NCBI GenBank assembly: GCA_003244185.1
Contig: QHBT01000010.1
Coordinates: 29,726-93,725 of the forward strand
Length of the DNA stretch: 64,000 nucleotides
Source: Candidatus Dormiibacter spiritus
GTDB taxonomy: Bacteria > Chloroflexota > Dormibacteria > Dormibacterales > Dormibacteraceae
Direction of reading: 5' to 3'
In this document: piece by piece, positions 9,466-19,300 of the stretch
How positions within the stretch are numbered: the first letter of the stretch is position 1
How the letters are laid out: every line of letters starts with the position of its first letter
Made by a program: the position numbers and the translations under genes
Notes under the pieces: model-generated
The model's database searches: none
The model's input: only the letters and a program-made list of their open reading frames with translations
What the model was told of the DNA's origin: nothing

Positions 9466-11247
9466 TCAGCGGCCAACCGCATAACCCTGGTCCCCGCGCG
9501 CGTTGGCGGCCGCCTTCAGCAGTCTCGAGCGAGTGTCCCAGGCAGCTGCCGAGAGTCTGCCCAGCGACCAGCCAGGCTGGACCACAACCTGGTGGCCGCG
9601 CCGCCGCAGCTCCCCGATCACCGCCGGGCCGGCGCGCTCCTCGATGTAGAGGCTGCCCGGTCGGGAGTCGTGCGGCAGGAAGGAACGCGGGAAGTGGTCG
9701 GTGTGAAACATGGGCGCATCAATGGCGGCCTGCAGACTCTCACCGCTCTGGGCCAGGCGCACGAAGAAGTTGAGCGCCCACTGATCCTGCTGGTCGGCCC
9801 CCGGAGTGCCGAAGGCCAGGCGGCCTGCGCCCTGGTGCTCCGCCAAAGACGGGCTGAGGGTCGTCCGCGGCCTCTTGACGGGAGCAAGCACATTGGGATG
9901 GCCGGGCGTCAGGTTGAAGATCTGCGCCCGCGTCCCGAGGCAGAAGCCCAGCCCGGGGATGGCGGGCGAGCTCTGCAGCCAGCCGCCGCTCGGAGTGGCT
10001 GAGACGAGGTTGCCCCAGCGGTCGACCACATCCAGATGGCAGGTGTCTCCCGTTTGCGGGGCGGCCGGCGTGAACGTGGGATCACCGAGACCGGGTGGGG
10101 AGTCGGCCTGGGCCCCTGCTCCATAGTCCGGCAGGAGCGGCGGGCGGCCGCCTACCGAGCCAGGTCGCAGGTCGAGCGAGCAGTGTTCGGCGATCAGGCC
10201 CGATCGCTCGCGCACGTAACCCGGGGCCATGAGCTCGGACGTCACATCAGGCACACAGGCAGGGTCTCCGTACCACGCTTCCCGGTCGGCGAAGGCGAGC
10301 TTGGCAGCCTCGACGACCACGTGCACGAACTCAGCCGTGCCGGGTTCAAGGTCCTGCAAACCCGCAGCTTGGAGCAGCGCCAGCTGCTGCAGGAACACCG
10401 GAGCCTGGCTCCAGGGTCCCGGCTTGTGCACACGCCAGCCGCCGTAGCTGGCGCTGCATGAGCGTTCCCAGGTGGGCCGCCAGGTCGCCAGATCGTCAGC
10501 TGAAAGCAGTCCGCCGTGGCGCCGGCCGCTGGAGTCCTGCACCTGACTCTGGCGCAGGAAGTCGTCGATCGCTTCGGCGACGAAGCCTTCGTACCAGGTG
10601 GCCAGCGCTCCCTCGATCTCGTTCTCCCGTCCGGTCCGCGCCTCGGCCTCGGTCAGCAGGCGTCCGAACGCCGCAGCCAGCGCGCGGTTGCTGAAGAGCT
10701 CGCCGGCTCCGGGCGCCCGGCCCTGCTTCAGCCAGATCTCCGCTGACGTCGGCCACTCGGTCTGAAACAGCTGCCCCACGTTCTCGATGGTGGCGGCGAC
10801 GCGAGGCAGGAGCGGATGTCCGGCCTGGGCGTAGCCGGCGGCGAACTCCAGCACGTCACGCAGCCGCCAGGTACCCAGGTCTCGGAGCAGCGTCAGCCAG
10901 GCGCCGACAGCTCCCGGCACGCAGGGGGCGAGCAGGCCCGTGCCCGGGATCTGATCCAGGCCCAGGCTGCGAAAACGCTCAACCGTGGCGAGCCTGGGAG
11001 CCGGCCCCTGGCCGGAGAGGACGCTCACCTGGTGCCGTGAGGCTTCGTAGACGAGCGCCGGCATGTCGCCGCCCGGCCCGTTCAGGTGCGGCTCGACCAC
11101 CTGCAGAACGAAGCCTGCGGCCACTGCGGCGTCGAATGCGTTGCCGCCCCGCTCCAGGACGGCCATCCCGCTGGCGCTCGCCAGCCAGTGCGTCGACGCC
11201 ACCATGCCGAAGGTGCCCTTCAGCTCGGGTCGGGTGGGGTGTGCCAC
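9466..11247 (-). CDS. gamma-glutamyltransferase family protein
   Basis: N-terminal GMVASTHWLASASGMAVLERGGNAFDAAVA and the autoprocessing-Thr region GDTCHLDVVDRWGN are typical of the GGT/Ntn hydrolase family. Confidence 0.85.
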   Translation of the reverse strand: MAHPTRPELKGTFGMVASTHWLASASGMAVLERGGNAFDAAVAAGFVLQVVEPHLNGPGGDMPALVYEASRHQVSVLSGQGPAPRLATVERFRSLGLDQIPGTGLLAPCVPGAVGAWLTLLRDLGTWRLRDVLEFAAGYAQAGHPLLPRVAATIENVGQLFQTEWPTSAEIWLKQGRAPGAGELFSNRALAAAFGRLLTEAEARTGRENEIEGALATWYEGFVAEAIDDFLRQSQVQDSSGRRHGGLLSADDLATWRPTWERSCSASYGGWRVHKPGPWSQAPVFLQQLALLQAAGLQDLEPGTAEFVHVVVEAAKLAFADREAWYGDPACVPDVTSELMAPGYVRERSGLIAEHCSLDLRPGSVGGRPPLLPDYGAGAQADSPPGLGDPTFTPAAPQTGDTCHLDVVDRWGNLVSATPSGGWLQSSPAIPGLGFCLGTRAQIFNLTPGHPNVLAPVKRPRTTLSPSLAEHQGAGRLAFGTPGADQQDQWALNFFVRLAQSGESLQAAIDAPMFHTDHFPRSFLPHDSRPGSLYIEERAGPAVIGELRRRGHQVVVQPGWSLGRLSAAAWDTRSRLLKAAANARGDQGYAVGR

Positions 11248-11267
11248 AAACCAGACTCTAGTGGCGG

Positions 11268-12014
11268 CTAGATGTTGCTGCGCGACTGACCGCCGTCGAC
11301 AGGCAGGCAGGCGCCGTTGATCAGCGCGGCTCGCTCCGAACAGAGAAACGTCACGGCATCAGCGACCTCCTCCGCCGTACCGAAGCGGCCGAGAGGCAGC
11401 TCACGCTCGACGAAGGCCGCGACCGCGGCCGGGTCTGCCTCCCGTCGGCGCCACCAGGAGCCGCCCTGGAAGAGGATGGAGCCGGGCGCGACAGCATTCA
11501 CAGTGATGCCATGACGTCCGACCTGGCGGGCGAGCGAGGTCGTCAAGCTGATCTCCGCCGCCTTGGTGGCGTTGTAGGCTGGCGCCCCACCAGACTCGCG
11601 GCCGAAGACTGAGGAGATGACCACTATCCGGCCCCAGCCCCGTTGCCGCATCAAGGGGAGGGCGAGCAGCGAGAGCCGGGCCGCCGGGTAGAGGTTGCCG
11701 GCCATCCCCTGTTCGAACTGGGCCACGCCGGTGTCCGCCCAGCTGGAGCCGGCGCGGAGGCCCAGGTTGTTGACCAGGATGTCGATTCGGCCCCGGCAAG
11801 CCTCCACGGCGGCGCGACAGCCCTCCTCGCCGGTCAGGTCGGCGGCCGCCCCGCGGCCGTGAAGCTCAGCTGCGATCCGCTGGACATCCTCTTTGGTGCG
11901 CGCAGCGATGACAACCCGCGCCCCCTCCGCGGCCAGGCTGCGGGCGATGGCAAGGCCGATGCCCCGAGTGGCTGCGGTGACGAGGGCGGTCCGTCCCGCC
12001 AAGCCCAGATCCAC
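11268..12014 (-). CDS. SDR family oxidoreductase (3-oxoacyl-ACP reductase-like)
   Basis: Rossmann motif TAATRGIGLAIA, NNLG, and the catalytic YNATK. Confidence 0.85.
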   Translation of the reverse strand: MDLGLAGRTALVTAATRGIGLAIARSLAAEGARVVIAARTKEDVQRIAAELHGRGAAADLTGEEGCRAAVEACRGRIDILVNNLGLRAGSSWADTGVAQFEQGMAGNLYPAARLSLLALPLMRQRGWGRIVVISSVFGRESGGAPAYNATKAAEISLTTSLARQVGRHGITVNAVAPGSILFQGGSWWRRREADPAAVAAFVERELPLGRFGTAEEVADAVTFLCSERAALINGACLPVDGGQSRSNI

Positions 12015-12264
12015 TGGAACATGCTAGTTGCCTGTAACGGTCAACCCACATCCGCCGGTAAGGGCGAGGCCGTTGCCCGAGTCTAGAGCCCATCAGCGGG
12101 CGGAGCGAGATCCGGTCACCTGAACCTAGACTCGGCCTGATGAATCCGGCTTTCCCGCCGTGCACGGTGCTGACGTCCAGCGCCAGTGTGCAGCACACGT
12201 CCAGCCACGCGTGACAGGCAGCGATAGGGCTGGCCTGGCCGGGCTGCTGCAGGAGGGGCCGCCG

Positions 12265-12951
12265 GTGGTGCCGCGGCCGTCGGCTTCGCTGCTTGTGATC
12301 GACGGCCGCCGACGCCCGTGGCGGGTGCTCATGATGCAGCGGCCCGGCGGCGCCGAATTCGCGCCGGACGCCTACGTCTTTCCCGGCGGCAGCGTCCAGC
12401 GGGAGGATGAGCGGTGGAGCGATCCGTACCGGGCAGCAGCCATCCGGGAGACTTTTGAAGAGGTGGGCATCCTATTCGCGCGCGGGCACGGCGGCCGTTT
12501 GGCGTCCGACCGCGAGAGCCGGGCGGTTGGCGAGGCACTAGGCCGCGGCCTCGAGTTCTTCGCGGCGCTGGCTGAGATGGGTCTGCGACCAGCCTTCGAT
12601 CGGCTCACGCTGCTCACTCGCTGGATCACGCCCGAGCCGATGCGCCGCCGCTTCGACACCCGCTTCTACCTGGCCAGGCGGCCTGGCCGCCAGCAGGTCC
12701 TGCCGGCCGCTGGTGAGGTGGTCGACTGCGTCTGGCTCAGCGTGAGCGAGGCGCTTGACGAAGGCGGACCGACACTGGTCCACGCCACGCGGCGGATCCT
12801 GGAGGCGATCGAGGGCGCGAGCGATGCGACTGCGCTGATCGCACGACTGAGACACCTGTCAGAGCCGGCGCCGATCAGACCGGTGCTCCGGCCTCGCCCC
12901 GATGGCCCCGGCTATGACGTCCTCGACGATGCGCAGCCGGTCTTCAGCTGA
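12265..12951 (+). CDS. NUDIX hydrolase. The ORF track starts at 12160; GTG 12265 is preferred.
   Basis: NUDIX box GGSVQREDERWSDPYRAAAIRETFEEVG. AGGAGG at 12250-12255 lies 9 nt upstream of GTG 12265. Confidence 0.75.
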   Translation: MVPRPSASLLVIDGRRRPWRVLMMQRPGGAEFAPDAYVFPGGSVQREDERWSDPYRAAAIRETFEEVGILFARGHGGRLASDRESRAVGEALGRGLEFFAALAEMGLRPAFDRLTLLTRWITPEPMRRRFDTRFYLARRPGRQQVLPAAGEVVDCVWLSVSEALDEGGPTLVHATRRILEAIEGASDATALIARLRHLSEPAPIRPVLRPRPDGPGYDVLDDAQPVFS

Positions 12952-12956
12952 GCCCA

Positions 12957-13397
12957 CTACCGCCAGAGCGAGCCCCAGCGGTCATACAGGATGGTCTCTA
13001 CCCCGCCGGCGGCCAGCGTCCTGAGACCGCTCACGTCACGGTAAGCGGCGCGGTAGTAGACGCGGCCGACGTTGCAGTTGATGATCATCTTGGCGCACAT
13101 CACGCAGGGCGAAGCTGTGATGAACATCGTCTTATTTGGCTCCTGCGCGCCGGCCTTGATGAGAGCGTTCGTCTCCGAGTGGAGGCAGCCGCAGCGGCCT
13201 GGATCGGGCCCGTCGCAGGAGTTGGGCAGTCCGCGCGCATTGCCGTTGTAACCGATGCCGAGCACCTGCGTGAGATCGCGCGTGGTGACGACTGATCCGA
13301 CCTGCAGGCGGGCACAGGTGGAACGCTTGGCGAGCTCCTCGGCCATCCGCATGTAGACCTCCTCCAGAGGTATCCGCTCAGGCTTCGGCTCACCCAC
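12957..13397 (-). CDS. dCMP deaminase (ComEB-like cytidine/deoxycytidylate deaminase). Start is probably GTG 13397 rather than the track start 13478.
   Basis: Zinc motifs HSETNA and PCVMCAKMI. The N-terminal PERIPLEEVYMRMAEELAKRSTC matches the usual family N-terminus, so the start lies just upstream of it. Confidence 0.8.
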   Translation of the reverse strand: MGEPKPERIPLEEVYMRMAEELAKRSTCARLQVGSVVTTRDLTQVLGIGYNGNARGLPNSCDGPDPGRCGCLHSETNALIKAGAQEPNKTMFITASPCVMCAKMIINCNVGRVYYRAAYRDVSGLRTLAAGGVETILYDRWGSLWR

Positions 13398-13450
13398 GGA
13401 GGGCCATGTTAATGGTTGCGTTTGCCTCACCGCTGAGCTAGACTGGCCAC

Positions 13451-14569
13451 ATGTCGTTCTCCGAACTGTTGTTCGCACTGCTGCTGGTGTCCCTCGTGGT
13501 GGGCGTGACCATGGTCTATCTCGTGCTCAGCAGTCTGAACCGGCGCAGTGAATCCGAGGCCGCCGATCTGGCCCGGCGGAGCGAAGCTCAGACGGCCGAG
13601 CTGAGCGAGCTCCGCAGCCAGCTTCAGCTCGGCAGCCAGACTCAGGATCGAGCCAGCGACGAGCTTCGCGCCCGGCTGGGCGAAGCCGCTCAACTCCTGG
13701 AGGGGATGAGGTCGGCGGTGGTGGCCCGTCACCAGATGCAGGACGAAGCGCGCCAGAGCCTGCGCCGGTTGGAGGCGGTGATCGCGGGTGGCTCCTCGCG
13801 CGGGGCCGCGGGTGAGAACATCCTGGAGGCGGCCTTTGAGCACCTGCCGCCGGAGATGATCGTCCGCAACTTCCGGATCAAGGGCAAAGTCTGCGAGTTC
13901 GGGTTTCGCATGCCCGGCGGCAAGCTGATGCCGATCGACTCCAAGTGGACTTCCCGCTCCTCGTTGGAGGAGCTCTCCCAGCCGGATCTCTTGCCGGCCC
14001 GACGCAGCGAGCTCTGCGACCGGATCGAGAAGGACGTGGTGAGGCGCGTGCGGGAAATCGGTCAGTACATCGACCCCTCCGGCACCACCCCGTTTGCGCT
14101 CGCCGCGGTGCCCGACGGCGCGTACAGCGTCTGCCGGGGGGCGTTCGCCGAAGCTCATCAGATGCATGTGCTGGTGGTCGGGTACTCCATGGCCCTTCCC
14201 TATCTCCTGGCGCTGTACCAGATGCACCTGCAGTTCTCGAGGACGGTTGACATGGACAACCTGCAGGCGTGCCTCATTAACGTCGAACGCCAGCTCGACC
14301 TGCTGGACGGCGAGCTGGAGAACCGGCTCCAGCGCGCTGTCACCCTGCTCAGCAACACGTTCGCCGAGGGCAGACAGATCTCCTCTCGGATTAGGGCCTC
14401 AGTGCAGTCGATCCAGGCCACCGAGCACCTCGACGTCGACCCAGCGCTCCAAGCTTCCTCAGCGGAGGGGTCGGTCAGCGTGGAGGCCAACCCCGAAACG
14501 ATCTCGCTGCGCGCGGTGGCGGCCCTGCCCGATGAGCCGCAGCTTCACCTGGAAGCGCTCCCCCGCTGA
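13451..14569 (+). CDS. rmuC: DNA recombination protein RmuC
   Basis: N-terminal TM helix, a long coiled coil, then an RmuC-like nuclease region (GENILEAAFEH...FRMPGGKLMPIDSKW). Confidence 0.75.
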   Translation: MSFSELLFALLLVSLVVGVTMVYLVLSSLNRRSESEAADLARRSEAQTAELSELRSQLQLGSQTQDRASDELRARLGEAAQLLEGMRSAVVARHQMQDEARQSLRRLEAVIAGGSSRGAAGENILEAAFEHLPPEMIVRNFRIKGKVCEFGFRMPGGKLMPIDSKWTSRSSLEELSQPDLLPARRSELCDRIEKDVVRRVREIGQYIDPSGTTPFALAAVPDGAYSVCRGAFAEAHQMHVLVVGYSMALPYLLALYQMHLQFSRTVDMDNLQACLINVERQLDLLDGELENRLQRAVTLLSNTFAEGRQISSRIRASVQSIQATEHLDVDPALQASSAEGSVSVEANPETISLRAVAALPDEPQLHLEALPR

Positions 14570-14646
14570 CCTTGGCCGAGCTCGGCAGAAAACTGGGTTG
14601 ACGGATGTCGCGGAGTCTGTACTGGCTGCACAAAACGCTCGGGGCG

Positions 14647-15504
14647 TCAGTGGAAGCGGGGAAGCAGCTCGTTGGCCAGCTGCTCGGCCTGGCGGACTGG
14701 ATCGGGCGGCGAGACATAGAGGATGACGTCCACAAAGCCGGCGGCCCCAAAACTCTCGCAGAGCCGGATTGTGTCATTGAGGTCGTTCCCTTCAGTGCGG
14801 ATCTGCACTGTTCGCCGGATGGCGTCAGGATCCCGACCGATGCTCTCGCAGTGCCGATCAAGGACTTCGGACTTCCGCCTGCATTCGTCGACATCGGGGC
14901 CAACTGCGTTCCAGCAGTCGGCGTGCTCGGCCACCACCCGCAGCGTCTTCTTCTCGCCGCTTCCGCCGATCCAGATCGGGGGGTGCGGGCGCTGCAGCGG
15001 GGGCGGGTTCTGCACCGCCTCGCGCAGGTGATAGGCAGGCCCGTCATGGCTGACGGGACTCCCGCTCCACAGCTGCTTTACGACTGTGCAGGCCTCGCCC
15101 AGCCGACGAATGCGCTCTCCCACCGGGGGAAACTCCAGGCCCAACATCGTGTGCTCGACCTCCGCCCACGCGGCGCCCAAGCCGAATTCGAGGCGGCCGC
15201 CGGAGAGGTGGTCGACGGTGGTCGCCATCTTCGCCAGCTGGCCGGGATGACGGTAAGTGTTGCCGGTCACCATGCAGCCAATCCGCACCCGACTGGTGAA
15301 CTCTGCCATGGCCGGGAGCAGAGTCCACCCGTCCCAGGCCACTCCGGCCAGCTCACCGGTGATGGGGTTTAGGTGATCGAAGGTCCAGAGATGGTCAAAG
15401 CCGCCCTGATCGGCGACGCGCCACACTTCGCGCTGCTCTTGGACGCTGCAGTTCATGGGGGCCAACTTGAGTCCAAATCGAGGGGGTTCGCTCATCGCTC
15501 TCAT
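14647..15504 (-). CDS. LLM-class (luciferase-like) F420/flavin-dependent oxidoreductase. Start ATG 15504 or 15495.
   Basis: Family-typical FGLKLAP..., GFDHLWTFDHL and RLEFGLGAAW segments. The track N-terminal extension is Arg/Pro-rich and unlikely to be coding. Confidence 0.8.
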   Translation of the reverse strand: MRAMSEPPRFGLKLAPMNCSVQEQREVWRVADQGGFDHLWTFDHLNPITGELAGVAWDGWTLLPAMAEFTSRVRIGCMVTGNTYRHPGQLAKMATTVDHLSGGRLEFGLGAAWAEVEHTMLGLEFPPVGERIRRLGEACTVVKQLWSGSPVSHDGPAYHLREAVQNPPPLQRPHPPIWIGGSGEKKTLRVVAEHADCWNAVGPDVDECRRKSEVLDRHCESIGRDPDAIRRTVQIRTEGNDLNDTIRLCESFGAAGFVDVILYVSPPDPVRQAEQLANELLPRFH

Positions 15505-15778
15505 CGTGACACGGCCGGCTCCGGCAGCGCGCCTTCTGGCCGGGAAGCAGTGGGCGGCCAGCGACTGGTTAGGCGGCAGCGCGCGGCTCTTCGGGAGGAG
15601 TACTTTCGCCGAAGGGCCCAATTGCTGCGGCTTTGACGCCGGATTCTTTTGACTGTTGTGGGCCCTTTATCTTTGCGTGCGCTGCAGACAGCTCGCCGTC
15701 GCTGGCTCAAGCCGTGCCTGCCCAGTCGGGCCCAATCGTCCGTTGACTGTCCGCGGCGAACTGCCAGCATCGGTGGTC

Positions 15779-16180
15779 ATGGAGGCTGCGCGCTCTCATC
15801 CCCAAACTCCCCTCCCGCCACTCCACTTTCTTCGCGCACTGAAAGAGCTTCGCAGCCTCCTGTCCGAACTGAGCAGTCTGACTTACGCAGATCAGCTTTG
15901 GGGAATCCAAACCCTGCGCAGCCAGCTCGGCTTCGCCTTCCAGAGGCCCTCATCCCTGGTCGAGCCGTTGAATCAGGTGGACCTGGCCGCCTGCTTGCTG
16001 GACGCCATCTGCGAAGCTGCCGAGGTGGGTTGGGGTGGCCTCCGGGAGCAAGCCGAAGTAGCCTTCCCGATACCCAGCCTGGGCGCCGACCGCAGCGCCG
16101 CCAGGATCTACGAGTTGACAGCCGACATCTCCGACGCCGTGGGACTCTGGCGGCAGGCAGGCTCCTCCCGGCGCCTCTGA
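15779..16180 (+). CDS. hypothetical protein (133 aa from ATG 15779)
   Basis: Open frame with protein-like, helix-prone composition. I recognise no family. The track extension upstream of ATG 15779 is Cys/Arg-rich. Confidence 0.4.
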   Translation: MEAARSHPQTPLPPLHFLRALKELRSLLSELSSLTYADQLWGIQTLRSQLGFAFQRPSSLVEPLNQVDLAACLLDAICEAAEVGWGGLREQAEVAFPIPSLGADRSAARIYELTADISDAVGLWRQAGSSRRL

Positions 16181-16227
16181 ACGAGGCGCGAAAACCTGGA
16201 CGCTTTTGCCCAACTCAAGGCACTCGT

Positions 16228-16284
16228 CCACAGGTCTAGCCACACCCCTTCCACAGGTTGTCCACGCCATGATCTTGGGGCTGA
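16228..16284 (+). repeat. Direct repeats containing CACAGGT (three copies) upstream of the nrdJ promoter
   Basis: CCACAGGTCTAGCCACAC (16228-16245) and CCACAGGTTGTCCACGCC (16251-16268), plus CACAGGT at 16278-16284. Confidence 0.5.
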
Positions 16285-16296
16285 CCGCACAGGTGA

Positions 16297-16325
16297 CCGC
16301 AAGATGTTGACATTTGGCAGTGACA
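16297..16325 (+). promoter_or_regulatory. sigma-70-type promoter candidate for nrdJ
   Basis: TTGACA (16297-16302), 17-nt spacer, TATCCT (16320-16325). This predicts a leader of roughly 115 nt. Confidence 0.5.
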
Positions 16326-16448
16326 GCCGTATCCTAGGAGGAGTTCTGTTTCGGTGGCCCTGGGGCATTTCTTGGCGGGCATGCTCCGGGGCCTTTTCTC
16401 CCCGGCCGGTGAACCCGGCGAGGGTGTTTGGAGGCTCCTGAAGTAGGA

Positions 16449-19202
16449 ATGGCGAAGAACGCAGCCGACGTCGCAGCATCTCACCAAGAACCGCACGTAG
16501 CTCCCGGAGGCCTCAAGTTTGGCAGATACTTCACGCCCGCCGAAACCCATGCGTACGACCTGATCGAGTGGGAGCGGCGGACCGCCGCGATCACCAGTGA
16601 GAAGGGAGTGACGATCTTCGAGCAGGAGGAGGTCGAGGTCCCCCGCTCCTGGTCGCAGCTGGCGCTCAACGTTGTGGCTCAGAAGTACTTCAGGGGTCAT
16701 CAGGGCAGCCCCGAGCGCGAGACCAGTGTGAGGCAGCTCATCGACCGGGTGGTCAACACGCTCGGCGAGTGGGGCCGGCGGGGAGAGTACTTCAGAAGCG
16801 AGCAGGATGCCACAAACTGGGAGGAGGAGCTGCGCTGGCTCCTCGCAACTCAGCACGCCTCATTCAACAGCCCCGTCTGGTTCAACCTGGGCGTGCCCAA
16901 CCGCTCACAGCAGGGCTCCGCCTGCTTCATAAACTCCGTCCAGGACACCATGGAGTCGATCCTCGAACTGGTCAAAACCGAGGGCATGCTGTTCAAGTTC
17001 GGCTCGGGCACCGGGACCAACCTGTCAGTTCTGCGCTCCTCCAAGGAGCGGCTGGCTGGGGGTGGCACTGCCTCGGGTCCCGTCTCGTTCATGCGCGGGT
17101 ATGACAGCTTTGCCGGCTCGATCAAGTCGGGCGGCACCACCCGCCGGGCGGCCAAGATGGTCATCCTCAACGGTGACCATCCTGATGTCAGAGAGTTCAT
17201 CGCCTGCAAGGCAGACGAGGAGAAGAAGGCCTGGGCCTTGATCGACGCCGGCTACGAGGCCGGTTTCAACGTTCCGGGCGGCGCCTATGACTCGGTGCAG
17301 TTTCAGAACGCCAACCACTCGCTCAGGCTCACTGACGAGTTCATGGAGGCCGTCGAGAACGACACCGAGTGGGAGACCAAGGCAGTCACCGACGGCCGTC
17401 CGCTCGAGAAGCACAGGGCCCGCGACCTCTGGCGGGAAACGGCTGAAGCCGCGTGGATCTGCGGAGATCCGGGGCTGCAGTTTGACACCACCATCCAGCA
17501 GTGGAACTGCGTGCCCAACAGCGGCCGGATCAACGCCACCAACCCCTGCTCAGAGTTCGTTTTCCTGGACGACACGGCCTGCAACCTGCTCTCGCTCAAC
17601 CTCATGAAGTTCCAGAGCGAGGATGGGACTTTCAATTCCCAACGGTTCGAGAAGGCCATCGACATCTGCTTTCTGGCCCAGGAGATCATCGTTTCCTACG
17701 CCAGCTACCCCACTCCGGCGATCGCTGCCAACTCGGAGCGCCTGCGGCCGCTCGGCCTGGGCTACGCCAACCTCGGCGCGCTGCTGATGTCGATGGGTCT
17801 CGCCTACGACTCCGACGAAGGCCGCCGCTACGCCAGCGCCATCACGGGCATCATGACAGGCCGCGCCTACGCGCAGTCAGCGCGCATGGCCGAGGTGAAG
17901 GGACCCTTTGCTGACTTCCAAGACAACCGAAACGAGATGCTGCGCGTCATGAACCAGCATCGGGGAGCCGCGTACTCGCTCAACGCCGCAGGCGCGGCCG
18001 GCGTCCCCGTTGAGGCTGCCCGAGCGGCCTGGGATGAGGCGGTGAAGCTGGGTGAGAGGCACGGCTATCGCAACGCCCAGGCCACAGTGCTGGCCCCGAC
18101 CGGGACGATCGGGCTGATGATGGACTGCGACACCACAGGCATCGAGCCCGATCTGGCTCTCGTCAAGTACAAGCGCTTGGTCGGCGGCGGGATGCTGAAG
18201 ATCGTCAACGGTACTGTGCCGGAGGCCCTGCGCAAGCTTGGCTACGACGCGGCTCAGACCAAGGCCATAGTGGAGTACATCGACGAGCACGACACCATCG
18301 AGGGCGCGCCGGAACTAGCCGACCAGCACCTCAAGGTGTTCGACTGCGCCTTCAAGCCGCTGAATGGCCAGCGGTCGATCAAGCCCATGGGTCACGTCAG
18401 GATGATGGCGGCGGTCCAGCCCTTCATCTCCGGTTCGCAATCCAAAACCGTCAACCTGCCCCATTCTGCGAGCGCAGAGGACATCGCCGATGTCTACCTC
18501 CAGTCGTGGAAGCTCGGTCTCAAGTGCATAGCCATCTATCGCGACGGCTGCAAGCGCTCCCAACCACTGTCGACGTCGAGCCAGAACCAGGACGGCAAGG
18601 CCAAGGTTCCGGCGGAGGCCCGGCCGATTCGACGCCGGCTTCCCGATGAGCGCCAGTCCCTGACTCACAAGTTTGACGTCGCCGGCCACGAGGGCTACAT
18701 CACAGTCGGCATATACGAGGACGGGGCGCCGGGCGAGGTGTTCATCACGATGGCCAAGGAGGGCTCAACGATCTCCGGCATGATGGACGCCTTTGCCACG
18801 CAGACGTCCGTGGCGCTTCAGTACGGCGTGCCGATGCCTGTCATGATCAACAAGTTCTCGCACATGCGCTTCGAACCTAACGGGTTCACCAAGAACCCGG
18901 AGATCCCGATCGCCAAGTCGATCATCGACTACATCTTCCGCTGGCTGGCGACCCGCTTTCTCAACGCCGAGGATCAGGACGCGGTTGGCATAGTGCGCCG
19001 GCAGCCCGTCTCACTCGAGATCGAGACGCCGGCCAACGCTGAGCTGAAGCTCGTGGCGAAGACAAACGGGGGCAGCACCAGCAACGTCACCTTTGTAGTG
19101 AATGCAGACGCTCCCTCCTGCGCCGACTGTGGCTCCATCACTGTGCGCAGCGGAAGCTGCTACAAGTGCCTGAACTGCGGCTCGACGACCGGATGCAGCT
19201 GA
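16449..19202 (+). CDS. nrdJ: adenosylcobalamin-dependent (class II) ribonucleoside-diphosphate/triphosphate reductase
   Basis: Class II RNR features: NPCSEF active-site region, TVNLPHSAS, and a C-terminal Cys cluster CADCGS...CYKCLNCGS. GGAGG at 16431-16435 precedes ATG 16449. Confidence 0.9.
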   Translation: MAKNAADVAASHQEPHVAPGGLKFGRYFTPAETHAYDLIEWERRTAAITSEKGVTIFEQEEVEVPRSWSQLALNVVAQKYFRGHQGSPERETSVRQLIDRVVNTLGEWGRRGEYFRSEQDATNWEEELRWLLATQHASFNSPVWFNLGVPNRSQQGSACFINSVQDTMESILELVKTEGMLFKFGSGTGTNLSVLRSSKERLAGGGTASGPVSFMRGYDSFAGSIKSGGTTRRAAKMVILNGDHPDVREFIACKADEEKKAWALIDAGYEAGFNVPGGAYDSVQFQNANHSLRLTDEFMEAVENDTEWETKAVTDGRPLEKHRARDLWRETAEAAWICGDPGLQFDTTIQQWNCVPNSGRINATNPCSEFVFLDDTACNLLSLNLMKFQSEDGTFNSQRFEKAIDICFLAQEIIVSYASYPTPAIAANSERLRPLGLGYANLGALLMSMGLAYDSDEGRRYASAITGIMTGRAYAQSARMAEVKGPFADFQDNRNEMLRVMNQHRGAAYSLNAAGAAGVPVEAARAAWDEAVKLGERHGYRNAQATVLAPTGTIGLMMDCDTTGIEPDLALVKYKRLVGGGMLKIVNGTVPEALRKLGYDAAQTKAIVEYIDEHDTIEGAPELADQHLKVFDCAFKPLNGQRSIKPMGHVRMMAAVQPFISGSQSKTVNLPHSASAEDIADVYLQSWKLGLKCIAIYRDGCKRSQPLSTSSQNQDGKAKVPAEARPIRRRLPDERQSLTHKFDVAGHEGYITVGIYEDGAPGEVFITMAKEGSTISGMMDAFATQTSVALQYGVPMPVMINKFSHMRFEPNGFTKNPEIPIAKSIIDYIFRWLATRFLNAEDQDAVGIVRRQPVSLEIETPANAELKLVAKTNGGSTSNVTFVVNADAPSCADCGSITVRSGSCYKCLNCGSTTGCS

Positions 19203-19300
19203 TCTCAGCTCAGTGAACACGAGGGGCGGCCGCCACGGCCGTCCCTGGGTCGACCCTGGGGCACGGTCGGATGAACCGCCGACCAGATTCCCGGCTGTGG

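Noticed and set aside
13352-13397. Alternative dCMP deaminase start at ATG 13352, preceded by GGAGGAG.
   Set aside because: The SD-like string is the codons for LEEV within the conserved R-I-P-x-x-x-x-Y-M N-terminal segment that aligns with other dCMP deaminases. The upstream GTG 13397 is kept, with the uncertainty noted.
16228-16268. NrdR boxes upstream of nrdJ.
   Set aside because: The repeated units are direct repeats, not the AT-centred 16-bp palindromes of NrdR boxes. They are reported only as unexplained repeats.
16332-16448. Possible cobalamin riboswitch in the nrdJ leader (gccggugaacccggc resembles part of the B12 element core).
   Set aside because: The predicted leader (about 115 nt) is too short for the roughly 200-nt cobalamin aptamer, and I found no B12 box. 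Biologically, B12 riboswitches repress B12-independent alternatives rather than the B12-dependent class II RNR.
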